Of a stretch of 41,289 bases of DNA, positions 1 through 9,593 are shown piece after piece. Each line of letters opens with the position of its first letter. The first letter of the stretch is position 1. This stretch comes from a virus (lineage: Duplodnaviria > Caudoviricetes). The position numbers were made by a program, and so were the translations under genes. Below the pieces are notes generated by a model. The model worked only from the letters and a program-made list of their open reading frames with translations, was not told the origin of the DNA and ran no database searches. The stretch lies in the IMG/VR virus record IMGVR_UViG_3300037851_000713, positions 1-41,289 of that record; one strand, 5' to 3'.

Positions 1-184
1 GGCGGCGGTAAACAGCGCGCCGAACTTGTCGCCGGCGTTGTCCGGGTCGGTGACCCAAAACGTGGCGCCGCCGCGCTCACGCTGAAAGGCGGTCATCTCG
101 GTGAGCGTGGGGCTGGTGAAAGCGGCGCCGGTGGCCAGCGCGTCGGGGTCGAGCGTGACGGTCAGCGTCAGCGTGGCCGGCGTG
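1..184. repeat. Terminal overlap of a circular assembly (copy of 41106-41289)
   Basis: 1-184 matches 41106-41289 except A58 vs C41163. A minus-strand ORF reads in frame across the junction. Confidence 0.95.
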
Positions 185-2115
185 GCGCTGTACTGGCCCA
201 CGCTGTCGATCGCCTTGATCCAGAACTTCCAGGTGCCGGCCGGGATCGTGCCGCGGATCACCGCGCGCAGGCCGTCGATGCGGTCCACGAGCGTGGCAGC
301 ATCCCACGTGCCGCCGGTGGCGGAGTAGCGGATCTCGTACCGCCAGATGTCCAGGTCGACTGCGGCCGTCCAGTTCAGGTAGACGTCGCCGGCCACCTCG
401 AACCCGCTGAGCGTGGCCACATCGCCCGGCGGCAGGCTCTTGCCGGCCGGGGTCAGCGAGGCGCTGGCATAGGCCGCGCTCACCGCGTTGATGGTGCTCA
501 GCGTGTAGGCGCGCACGGAGTACGGCACGCCCTCCTGCAGCGGCGGAGTGGCGTACGCCGTGGTGATGGTGGTCCCGGCGTCGATCAGGCTGGCGCCGGC
601 ATACACCTCGATGCGGTAGCCGGCCGTCCACTGATAGGTGGGCGCGGTAATGGTCAACCGGGCGCGGCTGGCAAACGTGCCATTGTCGAGCTGGTAGACC
701 TCTTCCGCCGCGCTCACGCCGGCCGGCGCCGGCGGCGCGGCGGGGTCGTCGAGCACGGTGTCGGCGTAGCTGACGCCGCTTTGCACGTCCGTCGAGTACA
801 CCGCCGGGTCGTATTCGTCGAGATCGAGCGCCCACTGGCCCGAGCCGGCGTGGCGCGGCGGCGCGATCACGCGCATCAGCTTGCTGGTGATGCCGGCAAA
901 GCCGAGCGTCACCGTCACCACGTCGCCGACCTCGTGCTTGATGCCGCGGTCCCACACGGTGAGTGTGAAGGAAAGGTCGTTGAGCCCCAGCTTGTTCCGG
1001 CGTTCCACGGCCTCGCGATACGCCTGGCTGTACCGCTGGATGCCTTCGAGCCGAACGGTGGAAAGCCGCCGCTGGATCTCGTCCGGCAGCGGCGGCGAGA
1101 CGGCGCGGCCCTCGGCCCACGGCGTTTTGCTGGTGTCGGTGTACAGCACCTCCACCTGCGTCGGCGCGTTGGAGAGATCGCGCTTGCGCAGGCTGCTCAC
1201 GGCGGCGATGTCGCCGCTGGCATGGGCGTAGGTGGCCACGCTGGCGGCGGCCTTGTCCGGCACCAGGTACACAGTGGCGCCGCGGCGCACCAGGAACACG
1301 CTGGCGTACGTCTGCAGCGCGGCCAGCACGTCGTCCACGCGCTGCGCGGCCGTGCAGGTCCAGCCGATCAGCCGCTGCTTCTCGCCGCCGCTCATCGCGG
1401 TGTCGTTCCAGTTGGCGGCGGCCTGAACGCTGGCGGAATCCACCGCGAAGCCGCAGCCGTATACGCTGCTGGTGAGAAAGTCCGCCAGCGCGAGCGACGG
1501 GTTATCGGTGCCGATGGTCGTGCCGGTGCGGTAGTCGTAAACCTTGCGCCAGTTGACCACGGCCTTGAAATCCAGCGTGGCGAAGTCCTTGGCCGGGATC
1601 TTGAGCACCGTGTAGCTGTAGCCGGTGAGCGCGGCCGAGTACGTCACCGGCGGCGACTGCGCGGCAAAGGCGGCGACCATCGTGGCGTCGGCCGTCACCT
1701 GCGCGCCGGTGTAATCCGTGCGGGTGACGCCGGAGGGCAACGCGCTGTCGCCCAGGGTGACCGATTCGATCGAGTCGAGCGCAATGCCCCACAGCAGTTG
1801 AACGACCACGTGCGAACCGTGGCCCAGCACGTTGAGCACCTGCGCGCCGATGCGATCGCGCCCGTAGCCGAAGCGCACCGGGGCGCCGTCGGCGGCCAGC
1901 GTGAGCTGCTTGTCCTCGGCCTTGGTGCCGGCGCGGTTCAGGCGGCTGCCACTGCGCACCGGCTTGACCGGGAACGGCGTCATGCGCGCCCAGTCATCGC
2001 CGGTCATGTTCGTCACGGTATTGGAGATGACCGGCTCGAGGTATCCCCGGGTAGGGCCAATGACGATCTGCCCCGGCATCGCCAGCCCAAAGGCGCTGGC
2101 GTACTCGCTGGCCAC
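1..2115 (-). CDS. Tail tip / central tail fibre (gpJ-like) protein, 5' part; continues across the origin into 41105-40563 (~885 aa total)
   Basis: GTG at 2115, just after the stop of the upstream gene, opens a frame (MASEYASAFGLAMPGQ...PVRFGYGRDRIGAQVLNV...FN3-like WTAAVDLDIWRYEIRY...) that is in frame with ORF 40563-41201. It follows the tape measure and minor tail genes. The ORF track misses it because it crosses the origin. Confidence 0.8.
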   Translation of the reverse strand, partial: MASEYASAFGLAMPGQIVIGPTRGYLEPVISNTVTNMTGDDWARMTPFPVKPVRSGSRLNRAGTKAEDKQLTLAADGAPVRFGYGRDRIGAQVLNVLGHGSHVVVQLLWGIALDSIESVTLGDSALPSGVTRTDYTGAQVTADATMVAAFAAQSPPVTYSAALTGYSYTVLKIPAKDFATLDFKAVVNWRKVYDYRTGTTIGTDNPSLALADFLTSSVYGCGFAVDSASVQAAANWNDTAMSGGEKQRLIGWTCTAAQRVDDVLAALQTYASVFLVRRGATVYLVPDKAAASVATYAHASGDIAAVSSLRKRDLSNAPTQVEVLYTDTSKTPWAEGRAVSPPLPDEIQRRLSTVRLEGIQRYSQAYREAVERRNKLGLNDLSFTLTVWDRGIKHEVGDVVTVTLGFAGITSKLMRVIAPPRHAGSGQWALDLDEYDPAVYSTDVQSGVSYADTVLDDPAAPPAPAGVSAAEEVYQLDNGTFASRARLTITAPTYQWTAGYRIEVYAGASLIDAGTTITTAYATPPLQEGVPYSVRAYTLSTINAVSAAYASASLTPAGKSLPPGDVATLSGFEVAGDVYLNWTAAVDLDIWRYEIRYSATGGTWDAATLVDRIDGLRAVIRGTIPAGTWKFWIKAIDSVGQYSATPATLTLTVTLDPDALATGAAFTSPTLTEMTAFQRERGGATFWVTDPDNAGDKFGALFTAA

Positions 2116-2117
2116 GG

Positions 2118-2444
2118 CTACGCCTCCATCATCTGCACGCGAACAATCCACCATCCGCCGGGCTGCGGCTGCGGCTGCGGCGGGTTGGTGTAGCGCACGG
2201 TGTAGGCGGTGCTGGTGGCCGGATCGGTATAGCTGAACGAGTTGTCGCGGTCGCCGGAGTAGTGCGAGTCGATCGACGACTTCTGCGCCGCCGTGCAACC
2301 GAAGCTCAGGTCGAAGCTGCGCTTGTCGGCGGGGTAAAGCTGCCGCGTCTTCAGCGTGCCGTTGGTGGCCCGAACGTGCGCCTTGCCATCGGCGACCTCG
2401 ATGCTTGAATTTTCCAGGTAGTACAGGCTCGGAAACGCGGCCAT
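2118..2444 (-). CDS. Minor tail protein (distal tail / gpM-like), 108 aa
   Basis: Real start MAAFPSLYYLENSS at 2444 overlaps the upstream stop (TGATG). Size and position fit a distal tail protein. Confidence 0.6.
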   Translation of the reverse strand: MAAFPSLYYLENSSIEVADGKAHVRATNGTLKTRQLYPADKRSFDLSFGCTAAQKSSIDSHYSGDRDNSFSYTDPATSTAYTVRYTNPPQPQPQPGGWWIVRVQMMEA

Positions 2445-2959
2445 CAGCGCCCCCTCGTCACTACGTAGTTCTGCCCGTTCAGCCGCAGCCTTGTGCCGGC
2501 CGAGATCAGCGGCCCGAACGTGGTTGCCGTCACGTAGGTGCGCGGCGTAAACAGACTGGCCGTGGCGTTGCGCAGGCGTATGGTGGCGCGCTCGGGCGTG
2601 ATCTCGGCATCTCCGCCCACCGCCTCGATCACCTGAATGAAGTCCGCATCCGCCGCGGTGGCCGCGGCGTCGTAGCCGTAAATGCGCACCGGCGTGCCGG
2701 CGATGCGGTTGACCAGCAGCAGGGCGGCGATCTCGTCGTCGGCGTTGCCGATCACCAGGCTGCCGTCGACCTGCGCCCCGTTGACCGTGAGGCCGGAGAC
2801 ATCCACATCGCGCGCGGACCACGTTTGCCCGGCGTAGCTGGTGTTTGCCCAACTCGAGGCGCGGTACGGGACCGCCCATCCGATGTAGACCAGCCACGCC
2901 GGCTTCTGCACTGCAGCGCCGTAGGCCGACTCCAACGCGGCGGACAGATCGGTCCTCAT
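2444..2959 (-). CDS. Minor tail protein (tail tip hub-like), 171 aa
   Basis: Coupled to the tape measure stop. Beta-rich sequence (YRASSWANTSYAGQTW...VRIYGYDA). Confidence 0.6.
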   Translation of the reverse strand: MRTDLSAALESAYGAAVQKPAWLVYIGWAVPYRASSWANTSYAGQTWSARDVDVSGLTVNGAQVDGSLVIGNADDEIAALLLVNRIAGTPVRIYGYDAAATAADADFIQVIEAVGGDAEITPERATIRLRNATASLFTPRTYVTATTFGPLISAGTRLRLNGQNYVVTRGR

Positions 2960-5900
2960 GCGCGCCCGCCGTTGACTTCGGCGCCGTCGAGCACGACGGT
3001 GACCTGCACCGGCCGGCTCAATGCGGCCGACACGGAATTCGCCACCGTTGTCGCCACGGCATTCATGCCCTCAGAGAACTTGCTGCCGACATCGGTCAGC
3101 GAGGTGTTCAGGTTGGTCATCATCAACGTCGTCTGGTCGGCCCAGCCGGCTTTCAGCGGTTCGAGCCATGGCGCCACTTTGGTGATCTCATCCTCGGGCA
3201 TCGGCGACGGGCCGATCACCGGAATCGACTCGCCAGGCCGGAACGCGACCACCCCGCCGGCAAGTTGAGCCAGATCGATGCCGCCGCCCTGCATGAACGG
3301 CACCAGCTCGGCGAACGCGGCCGCCACGTTCAGCGCGGCCGCCAGTTGCTGCTGGCCGAGCTGCGTCGAGGCGTCGATGCTCTCGACCAGCGTGCGGAAC
3401 TCTTCCTTGGTGTCCAGTCCGCGGATGTCGATGCCGGCGCCGGCCAGCGCCTTGCCGACCTCATAGCCCTTGATGGCAGCCTGCTCCTCGCCGGTGTAGT
3501 ACAGCTCGACGAAGCTCGCCGCTTTCTGCAGGAACGAATCCAGCCCCCCGGTCATGCCGATGATCGCGTTGCGCGCATCGACACTCAAACCGGAAAGCTG
3601 CGTGAACGCGCCGCCCAGCGTGGCGGTGGCGTCGGACATCGTCTTGGCGGCGGAGGCGGCGGCGATCGCCGTATCGATCTGCTCCTGCGTGGCGGTGGCG
3701 ATGTCGAGCTTGCCGAAATACTCGGCAAACGCGGGCGCAAGGTCGGCGCCCTGCAGGCCGGCCAGGAACATCCGGCTGAACTGCGCCTCGATGCGGCTTT
3801 GCAGGCTGTCGTTGCTGCCGTTGCTGTCGGCGAAGTACAGCGCCTTGCCCATCGCGTCGACGACATCCGCGCGCAGGTAGGCGCCGCTGTTCTCCGATCC
3901 GGTGGAGCTGTAAAGGCCGTAGGTCAGGTTGCCGGCGGTGCCGCCGAGGGACCGAACCGCCGCGTCGACGCCGCTGGAGATCGTGCCGACAAGGTCGTTG
4001 TAGTAGCCCGCACCGCCGAGCGCAAGGTTCGGCGTGTTGGCCGCGTAGCCGAGGCCGTTGGTGCCGGCGATGCCGTATTGCTGAAACGCCGGCGCGCGGT
4101 CGCGCCCGGTGCCCACGCCGCTGATGATGCGGTAGGCGGCGTAGGCGGCGGCAATGTATGGCGCGGCCATGCCCAGCCCCATGCCGCCGGCCGCGGCATA
4201 GCTGCCGTTGGCCCACAAACCCGACATGGCCGCCATGGACCCGGCGCCGCTCAGGCCGGAGACAATGCCGCTGCCCAGGCTACCGAGGCTGCCCAGCGCA
4301 CCGAGCGCGCTGAAGCTGTTGCCGCCGCCACCGGCCGCCGCCGCCGCGGCGCCGGATCCGCCCATGCCCAGCAGCCCAAGCACCCCGCTGGCGGAGCCCT
4401 GCGCGAGCGGCTGGATGATCGGCCGCAGGACCAGCGTGGCAAACAGGTTCTTGGCGGTGTCGACTAGGTTTTCCAGAAAGCTCTTGCCGCTCTCGAACCC
4501 GCGCAGCAGCGCATCGGTAAGCGCGCTTTCGATGGTCTCGCTGGCCGTTTTCCACGCCTTGGCGCCTTCTTCGGCCGCCTCGACCGTGACGCGCTTGGCG
4601 GCGCCCTCTTTCATCAGATCGATCAGCGTCTGCTGAGCGCTGATCTGCGCGTTCACGGCGTTCAGCTCGGCGGCGGAAAGCTCCGGCACCAGCGCCTTGC
4701 GCTCGAGGTCGAGCAGGATGGTTTCCTGCTTGGCGATGTTCAGCCGGTCCATCGCCTCTTTGCCAAGGCCGAGCTTGGCGTTCTCCTCGATCTGCTTGTC
4801 AATGGCGGCGTTGATCGCTTCCAGCCGCCGGCCCTCGGCGGCGATCGAGTCCAGGTTCGCCTTCAGCAGCGCCTGCGCGCTTTTCTCGGCGGCGTCGTCG
4901 GCGGCCTTGGCTTTCTCGGTGGCCACCACGCGCGCCAGGCGCTGGCGCACGAGATCCTGCTCGGCCTTGGCGAGCTTGCCTTTGCCGGTGGCCCACTCGC
5001 GCTCAAGGTCGGCCAGCAGCTTCTCGCCCTTGGTGAGCTTGTCCGTGGCGCCGGCGGCGTCTTCCAGTGCGCCGACCTTCTGCTCGAGTTCGCGCCGGTA
5101 GGTCGCGGCCTTCTCCGCAGCGGCGGCGGCCTCGCGGCCGCTTTCGGTGAACCGCTGGCGCAACAGGTCCTGCATCACGGCGGCGGCCTTGGCGTCGATC
5201 GCGCCCGACTGCAGCGCCGCGTTCACGCGCTGCATGCCGCGCTCGTACTCCTCGTTTACGCCGGCCACCTGCACCATGGTGGTCTGCAGGTCTTTCATGG
5301 CACGAGACTGCCGCTCGGCGCGCTCGGCATCGATCTGCGCGTCTATGCGCGACGGGCTGGTACTGGTGAACGTGGCGGTCACGTTCACCACCTTGGCCTG
5401 CGCCGCTTCAAGTTCGCGCACCAACTGTTGCGTGTCGGCCAGGGCGTTTTTCAGCAGCAGGTTGTTCGGCTGCTCTTCCAGCGCCGCGGCGAGTTCGGTC
5501 AGCTCGGTGCGGGCCTCGGTCAGCCGGGCGGCGGTGCTCTGCACCTGATAGTTGACCGCGTTCAGCGGGTTGATGAAACGCAGCACTGCCGCGGTGCCGG
5601 CCACGAACTGGCCCCAGAAGCCATCGCCATCGGCGCGGGCGGCGCGCATGGATCCGCCGATGTCCGTAAAGGCGTCGGTCAGGATGTTGAGTTGCCCCGC
5701 CATGAAGCTGCCCACGCCCGCCTGCGCCGTGGATGTCTTCAGGTCCAGCCACGCGGTCGACAGCCGGTTCAGCGCCGCTTCCGTGCGCTGGCTGGCCTGC
5801 TCCACGCTGCCGCCGAATTCCTCGCGCAACTGGCGCGCGAACTGCGGCAGGAACTCGGTGCTGATCACCTGCCCGCGCTCGAGCATCTTGCTGAACTCGC

Positions 5901-6600
5901 CGGTGGTCACGCCCATCGCCCTGGCGGCAATCTGGAAAGCACCCGGCAGCCGCTCGCCCAACTGGCCGCGCATTTCCTCGGCCTGCACCGTGCCCTTGCT
6001 GATCATCTGCGTCAGCGCGCGGAACACGCCTTCGGTGTCCCACGCGGAAAGTCCCATGACCGCACTGGCCGAGGCCACGGCCTCGAACACGTCGCGCGCC
6101 TTCTGCCCTTCGATACGGGTGTCGCGGCTGGCGGCCATGAACAGCGCGTAGTAGTTGGCTGCACTCTGCAGTTCGAGGCCCAGCTTGTTGACCACGCCGC
6201 GCACGTAATCCATCTCGCCGGCGGCGTTGCCGCCGGTGGCGAGCTTCATGGTGATGGCAAACCGCTCGGAGAAGATCTGCGCATCCAGCAGCGCGCGGCC
6301 GACCTCGGTGATCTTCTGCGTCACCGTCTGAATGGCGCCACTCACCAGGTTCCACCCCGCCCAGATGCCAGTGAGCACGGAGCCCTGCGCGCCGTAGTCG
6401 CGCAGGCGCTCGCGCGCGGTATCGGTGGCGGAGGCCGTTTCCTTGATGGCCGCGGTGGTCTGGCTGGCGGCGGACGACACCTTGCCGGTAAAGGCGGCAT
6501 CAACGTCGGCGGCAAGCTGCTGGAACTTCTTGCCGACAGCCAGCGATATGTCGTCTTCGAAGTCGACGCCGATCTTCAGGTCGACGCGGGGTTCAGCCAT
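2956..6600 (-). CDS. Tail tape measure protein, 1214 aa
   Basis: Tape-measure N-terminal motif (ALTQMISKGTVQAEEMRGQLGERLPGAF), long Ala-rich helical body, located after the tail chaperones. Confidence 0.93.
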   Translation of the reverse strand: MAEPRVDLKIGVDFEDDISLAVGKKFQQLAADVDAAFTGKVSSAASQTTAAIKETASATDTARERLRDYGAQGSVLTGIWAGWNLVSGAIQTVTQKITEVGRALLDAQIFSERFAITMKLATGGNAAGEMDYVRGVVNKLGLELQSAANYYALFMAASRDTRIEGQKARDVFEAVASASAVMGLSAWDTEGVFRALTQMISKGTVQAEEMRGQLGERLPGAFQIAARAMGVTTGEFSKMLERGQVISTEFLPQFARQLREEFGGSVEQASQRTEAALNRLSTAWLDLKTSTAQAGVGSFMAGQLNILTDAFTDIGGSMRAARADGDGFWGQFVAGTAAVLRFINPLNAVNYQVQSTAARLTEARTELTELAAALEEQPNNLLLKNALADTQQLVRELEAAQAKVVNVTATFTSTSPSRIDAQIDAERAERQSRAMKDLQTTMVQVAGVNEEYERGMQRVNAALQSGAIDAKAAAVMQDLLRQRFTESGREAAAAAEKAATYRRELEQKVGALEDAAGATDKLTKGEKLLADLEREWATGKGKLAKAEQDLVRQRLARVVATEKAKAADDAAEKSAQALLKANLDSIAAEGRRLEAINAAIDKQIEENAKLGLGKEAMDRLNIAKQETILLDLERKALVPELSAAELNAVNAQISAQQTLIDLMKEGAAKRVTVEAAEEGAKAWKTASETIESALTDALLRGFESGKSFLENLVDTAKNLFATLVLRPIIQPLAQGSASGVLGLLGMGGSGAAAAAAGGGGNSFSALGALGSLGSLGSGIVSGLSGAGSMAAMSGLWANGSYAAAGGMGLGMAAPYIAAAYAAYRIISGVGTGRDRAPAFQQYGIAGTNGLGYAANTPNLALGGAGYYNDLVGTISSGVDAAVRSLGGTAGNLTYGLYSSTGSENSGAYLRADVVDAMGKALYFADSNGSNDSLQSRIEAQFSRMFLAGLQGADLAPAFAEYFGKLDIATATQEQIDTAIAAASAAKTMSDATATLGGAFTQLSGLSVDARNAIIGMTGGLDSFLQKAASFVELYYTGEEQAAIKGYEVGKALAGAGIDIRGLDTKEEFRTLVESIDASTQLGQQQLAAALNVAAAFAELVPFMQGGGIDLAQLAGGVVAFRPGESIPVIGPSPMPEDEITKVAPWLEPLKAGWADQTTLMMTNLNTSLTDVGSKFSEGMNAVATTVANSVSAALSRPVQVTVVLDGAEVNGGRA

Positions 6601-6991
6601 GCTCTGCCTTCTTGGGTTCGTGCGGCGTTTGCGCCACGGCGGCGATCACGGACAGGTACGCCAGGTCCAGCGCCCGCATGGCGTTGATGTCGGCCGCGGA
6701 CAGCGGGGTGCGGGTCAGCCGCATCCACGCGGCCATTTCCAGCCACGACAACGGCTGCGCGCCGGCAAACCCGGCCTGCCGGCCGAGTGAAAGCTGCTGG
6801 AACGCGCCCCACAGCCAGGCCAGTTCTGGCGGGCACGGCGGGCCGATCAGTTCCGGGGGCTGGCGCCCCTGCTTCAGCGCGCGCTGCAAATGCACCCGCA
6901 GCAACACGCCGTCGACGCGGGTATGGTCTAGCTTGAACTGATGCCGGCCGAACTCGACAAGCTCGCGTTCGGCTTCGGCGCGAAGTTTCCC
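6593..6991 (-). CDS. Tail assembly chaperone GT extension (reached by -1 frameshift)
   Basis: The -1 frame after G GGA AAC reads KLRAEAERELVEF...LWGAFQQLSLGRQAGFAGAQPLSWLEMAAW, typical of gpT-like segments. It ends at the tape measure start. Confidence 0.75.
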   Translation of the reverse strand, partial: GKLRAEAERELVEFGRHQFKLDHTRVDGVLLRVHLQRALKQGRQPPELIGPPCPPELAWLWGAFQQLSLGRQAGFAGAQPLSWLEMAAWMRLTRTPLSAADINAMRALDLAYLSVIAAVAQTPHEPKKAEHG

Positions 6992-7380
6992 AGGTCGCGC
7001 GCCTGCTCGATGACCTGCAGCCCCATCCAGGCATGGCGCCGGTACACGGCGCGCGCCGACTCCAGGCTGAACGCCAGCTCGGCGCCGCCGCTGGTGACGC
7101 CGCGCCAGCCGATGGTGCACACGGCCGCCAGCTCGACGGCGCGCGCCTCGGATTCCTCCGGCGTGAGTTCCGGCGCGGCTTGGCCGCGGCGGCGCGCTTG
7201 CGTGAGGCGCTGCGCATCGGAGCGCATGCGCTCCTGCAGATGGCGGGTGACCCGATCGCTCTCCATGCCGCGCACGGTGACGAACACCGGCAGCGGCTCG
7301 AGCGTTAGCGGGTGGTTCAACTGGAATTCATGGCCGGCCTCGCAAGAGGCGGCGACATCGATGCTGTCGAGATCGAACAC
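6928..7380 (-). CDS. Tail assembly chaperone (gpG-like), 150 aa
   Basis: GTG start with GGAG RBS. Lies between tail tube and tape measure, with a slippery heptamer near the end (DLGNF). Confidence 0.8.
   Translation of the reverse strand: MFDLDSIDVAASCEAGHEFQLNHPLTLEPLPVFVTVRGMESDRVTRHLQERMRSDAQRLTQARRRGQAAPELTPEESEARAVELAAVCTIGWRGVTSGGAELAFSLESARAVYRRHAWMGLQVIEQARDLGNFAPKPNASLSSSAGISSS
6985..6991 (-). other. Programmed -1 frameshift site GGGAAAC
   Basis: X XXY YYZ heptamer in the correct phase (ctG GGA AAC), and the -1 frame is open to 6593. Confidence 0.8.
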
Positions 7381-7399
7381 TGCGACTCCGCTGAAAAAA

Positions 7400-7473
7400 G
7401 GTTGCGAGCCCGGGAATCGAACCCGGTGCCTGCGCGTTATGAGCGCGCCGTGCAGCCGTTACACCTGCTCGCG
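7400..7473 (-). tRNA. tRNA-Met(CAU), initiator-like, non-canonical
   Basis: Cloverleaf CGCGAGC-AG-GTGT AACGGCT GCAC-G-GCGCG CTCATAA CGCGC-AGGCA-CCGGG TTCGATT CCCGG-GCTCGCA-A-CC. It has a C1xA72 mismatch and A73, but A8 instead of U8 and CCT instead of CCA. Confidence 0.8.
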
Positions 7474-7490
7474 AAGGGGGAGAGGGAAAG

Positions 7491-7606
7491 GGTGCCGGGT
7501 TGCGCAGTTGCCCGCCCGGCGCGGGCGCATCCCGCAAGGAGACGCGGGGGCGGAGAACCGGCGGATGAGCAGAAGCCGCCGGAGCCGACTGCGCGCGGCC
7601 GACGCC
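7491..7606 (-). ncRNA. Putative structured RNA (multi-branch) between tail tube stop and tRNA
   Basis: Closing helix GCGCAGT/ACTGCGC (7594-7588 / 7508-7502) encloses three hairpins (CCGGCGG/CCGCCGG, CCCGC/GCGGG, GCCCGC/GCGGGC). Confidence 0.4.
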
Positions 7607-7607
7607 G

Positions 7608-8804
7608 TTACGCGGCGAGCGAGTCCTGCACCAGCAGCGTGGTGTCCTCGAATCCGGTCTTGGCGCTGCCGCGGCCGGCCTCGAAGTCGAAGCTGATGGT
7701 GAGCGCGTTCTCGCCGCGCGCGATGCTGCCGCCGGCCAAGCTCACGTTCGGCAGGCAGAAGCTGAAAAAATCAGACGTGGCGGCGCTGCTGGCGTCGAAC
7801 CGGCCGACGATCGCCACGCTGGTTTCCTGATCGAAGTAGTCGTAGTAGGTGGCGCTGTCCAGGTACAGCGTGGCGCGGCCGCTCACGGCCACCGGGCCAC
7901 CGAGCACGTCGGGGCTCTTGTTGACGAACACGGCCTTCAGCGGCTGCATGCCGCTGTCTTGCGTGAGGCTGAACGCGGTCAGCACGCCGACCTGCACGCC
8001 CTCGATGAACGCCGCACCGGCAAGCGAGCTGTACACCGTGGAGCTGCCCTCGCCGGTGGGCGAGGTGAAGTATTGCGCGGCGCCCTTGACGACATCCTGC
8101 GCCATCAGATCGAGCCCGAAGGTCACGTTGTCGTTGTCCGACAACTCGACCGAAAAACCGCCCACGCGAACGCCGTCGGCCCGCAGGGAAAGCGAGGCGT
8201 CGGGCATCCAGCGCTCGATGGAGAAAAAGTCGTTCGTGTGGCCGGTGGTCGGCACGTAACTGATCTTGCCCGGGATGCTCACGGTGAGCGAGTCGCCGCT
8301 GGTCTTGGCGGCCACGGCTTCGGCCACCGTCATCGCCGTGGCGGTCAGCGCGATGATCGTGAAGTTCTTGCTGTTGTTGGCCACGCCGGTGGTCGTCCAG
8401 CCGGTGAAGCGGACCACCATGCCGACGCGCAGGCCATCGCTGATCCACGAGCCCGCCGCGCGCGTGAACTGCGGCGCCCCCACGGTGGCGGTGACGTTCG
8501 TCAGCGAGGTGATGTTGGTCACGGCGGAGAAGTCCCGCCGCAGCGCGCTGGCGATGAACGGCGCGTAGGTGCCGCCGGAGAGCAGCCCGCTGGCCCGCCC
8601 GGCGCCGCGGCGCAGGCCGTGCCGCGGCATCGGCCGCTGGTAGTCGGTGCGGATCTCGGTGTTGCGCAGCAGTTCCTTGGTCAGCGCCACGTTGTATTCC
8701 GTGCGCCGCAGCGCCTGCGCGCTGGATGCGGTGGGCACAGTACCGTAACTGCCGGTGCCCTTCTTGTAGGCGATGACTTCGCCGACTTCCTTCTGAACGG
8801 CCAT
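7608..8804 (-). CDS. Major tail tube protein with inserted beta-domain, 398 aa
   Basis: Tail-tube-like motifs (ELLRNTEIRTDYQ, FFSIERW, VSGRATLYLD). Follows the tail terminator. Confidence 0.85.
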   Translation of the reverse strand: MAVQKEVGEVIAYKKGTGSYGTVPTASSAQALRRTEYNVALTKELLRNTEIRTDYQRPMPRHGLRRGAGRASGLLSGGTYAPFIASALRRDFSAVTNITSLTNVTATVGAPQFTRAAGSWISDGLRVGMVVRFTGWTTTGVANNSKNFTIIALTATAMTVAEAVAAKTSGDSLTVSIPGKISYVPTTGHTNDFFSIERWMPDASLSLRADGVRVGGFSVELSDNDNVTFGLDLMAQDVVKGAAQYFTSPTGEGSSTVYSSLAGAAFIEGVQVGVLTAFSLTQDSGMQPLKAVFVNKSPDVLGGPVAVSGRATLYLDSATYYDYFDQETSVAIVGRFDASSAATSDFFSFCLPNVSLAGGSIARGENALTISFDFEAGRGSAKTGFEDTTLLVQDSLAA

Positions 8805-8828
8805 GAGTGGTGCTCCCGAATGCGGCGG

Positions 8829-9278
8829 CTACGCTTGTGTGCCCGGCGTGCCGAAGCGGGCGAAATACAGGGCGGTGAACGACAGCGCCTGCTTCAGCGC
8901 AGGCTGCTCGCCGTTGGCGTCGACTTCCTTGGGGCCGAGGGCGAAGTCCGTGATCAGCTTGCAGGCGCCGCCGAGCGTGCCGTCGCCCGCCAGGGCAGCC
9001 TCGACCTCGCCCCAGATGGTTTCGATGGTGGCGTCGTAGTCGCCGCTCTGGCGGACCACCGCCAGCACGACCACCGCCGGCCGGCGTTCCTGCAGTTGCG
9101 GCCAGCTCTTTTCCTGCCCGCGGAACTGCTCTTCGTCCACCCACACCACGAGCGCCGGCAGCTCGGCCTCCGCCAGCGGCCGGTGCAGCCGCGGCGCAAA
9201 GACGTTGCCGCCGGTGGTGGCCAGCCCGGTGAGCGCCGCCATGACGGCGCTGCGGATGTTCTCGCGCGAGGTGGGCAT
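8829..9278 (-). CDS. Tail terminator (gpU-like), 149 aa
   Basis: RENIRSAVMAAL...ELPALVVWVDEE pattern. Sits immediately before the tail tube. Confidence 0.7.
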   Translation of the reverse strand: MPTSRENIRSAVMAALTGLATTGGNVFAPRLHRPLAEAELPALVVWVDEEQFRGQEKSWPQLQERRPAVVVLAVVRQSGDYDATIETIWGEVEAALAGDGTLGGACKLITDFALGPKEVDANGEQPALKQALSFTALYFARFGTPGTQA

Positions 9279-9586
9279 CAGTCGCCGCTCAGGCGCATCA
9301 GGTGCGCGGTATCGAACACGCCGTCTATCGAGGCCATCAACCGCACGACCTGATAAGTCTGCCCGCCGCGCAGCAGCGTGTCGTCGAGCGACAGCGCGCC
9401 GGAAACCGCGGTGGCGCGCGGCTGCGTCATGTCGACCAGGCCGTCATCGCCCTGCCCGTACATGACGCGAAACGCAATGGAGCCGGGCTGGTCCCAGATG
9501 ACGCGGACCGTGCCCGGCCCGCCGTTGACCGGCAGGTCCTCGCCAAAGTCGGCGAGGAAGACGGCGGCATCGGCGGAGAAGTCCAT
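9278..9586 (-). CDS. Head-tail joining / head closure protein (gpFII-like), 102 aa
   Basis: Start MDFSADAAVFLADFGE, with C-terminal DTLLRGGQTYQVV. Position fits. Confidence 0.65.
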   Translation of the reverse strand: MDFSADAAVFLADFGEDLPVNGGPGTVRVIWDQPGSIAFRVMYGQGDDGLVDMTQPRATAVSGALSLDDTLLRGGQTYQVVRLMASIDGVFDTAHLMRLSGD

Positions 9587-9593
9587 CACGGCA

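Noticed and set aside
1-184. Biological direct terminal repeat
   Set aside because: It falls mid-gene, and the phage has a GpA terminase with a cos-like site elsewhere. It is best explained as assembly overlap; the single mismatch may be an error or a variant.
6985-6991. Tail chaperone frameshift as a novelty
   Set aside because: It is real but standard for long-tailed phages, so it is listed as a feature only.
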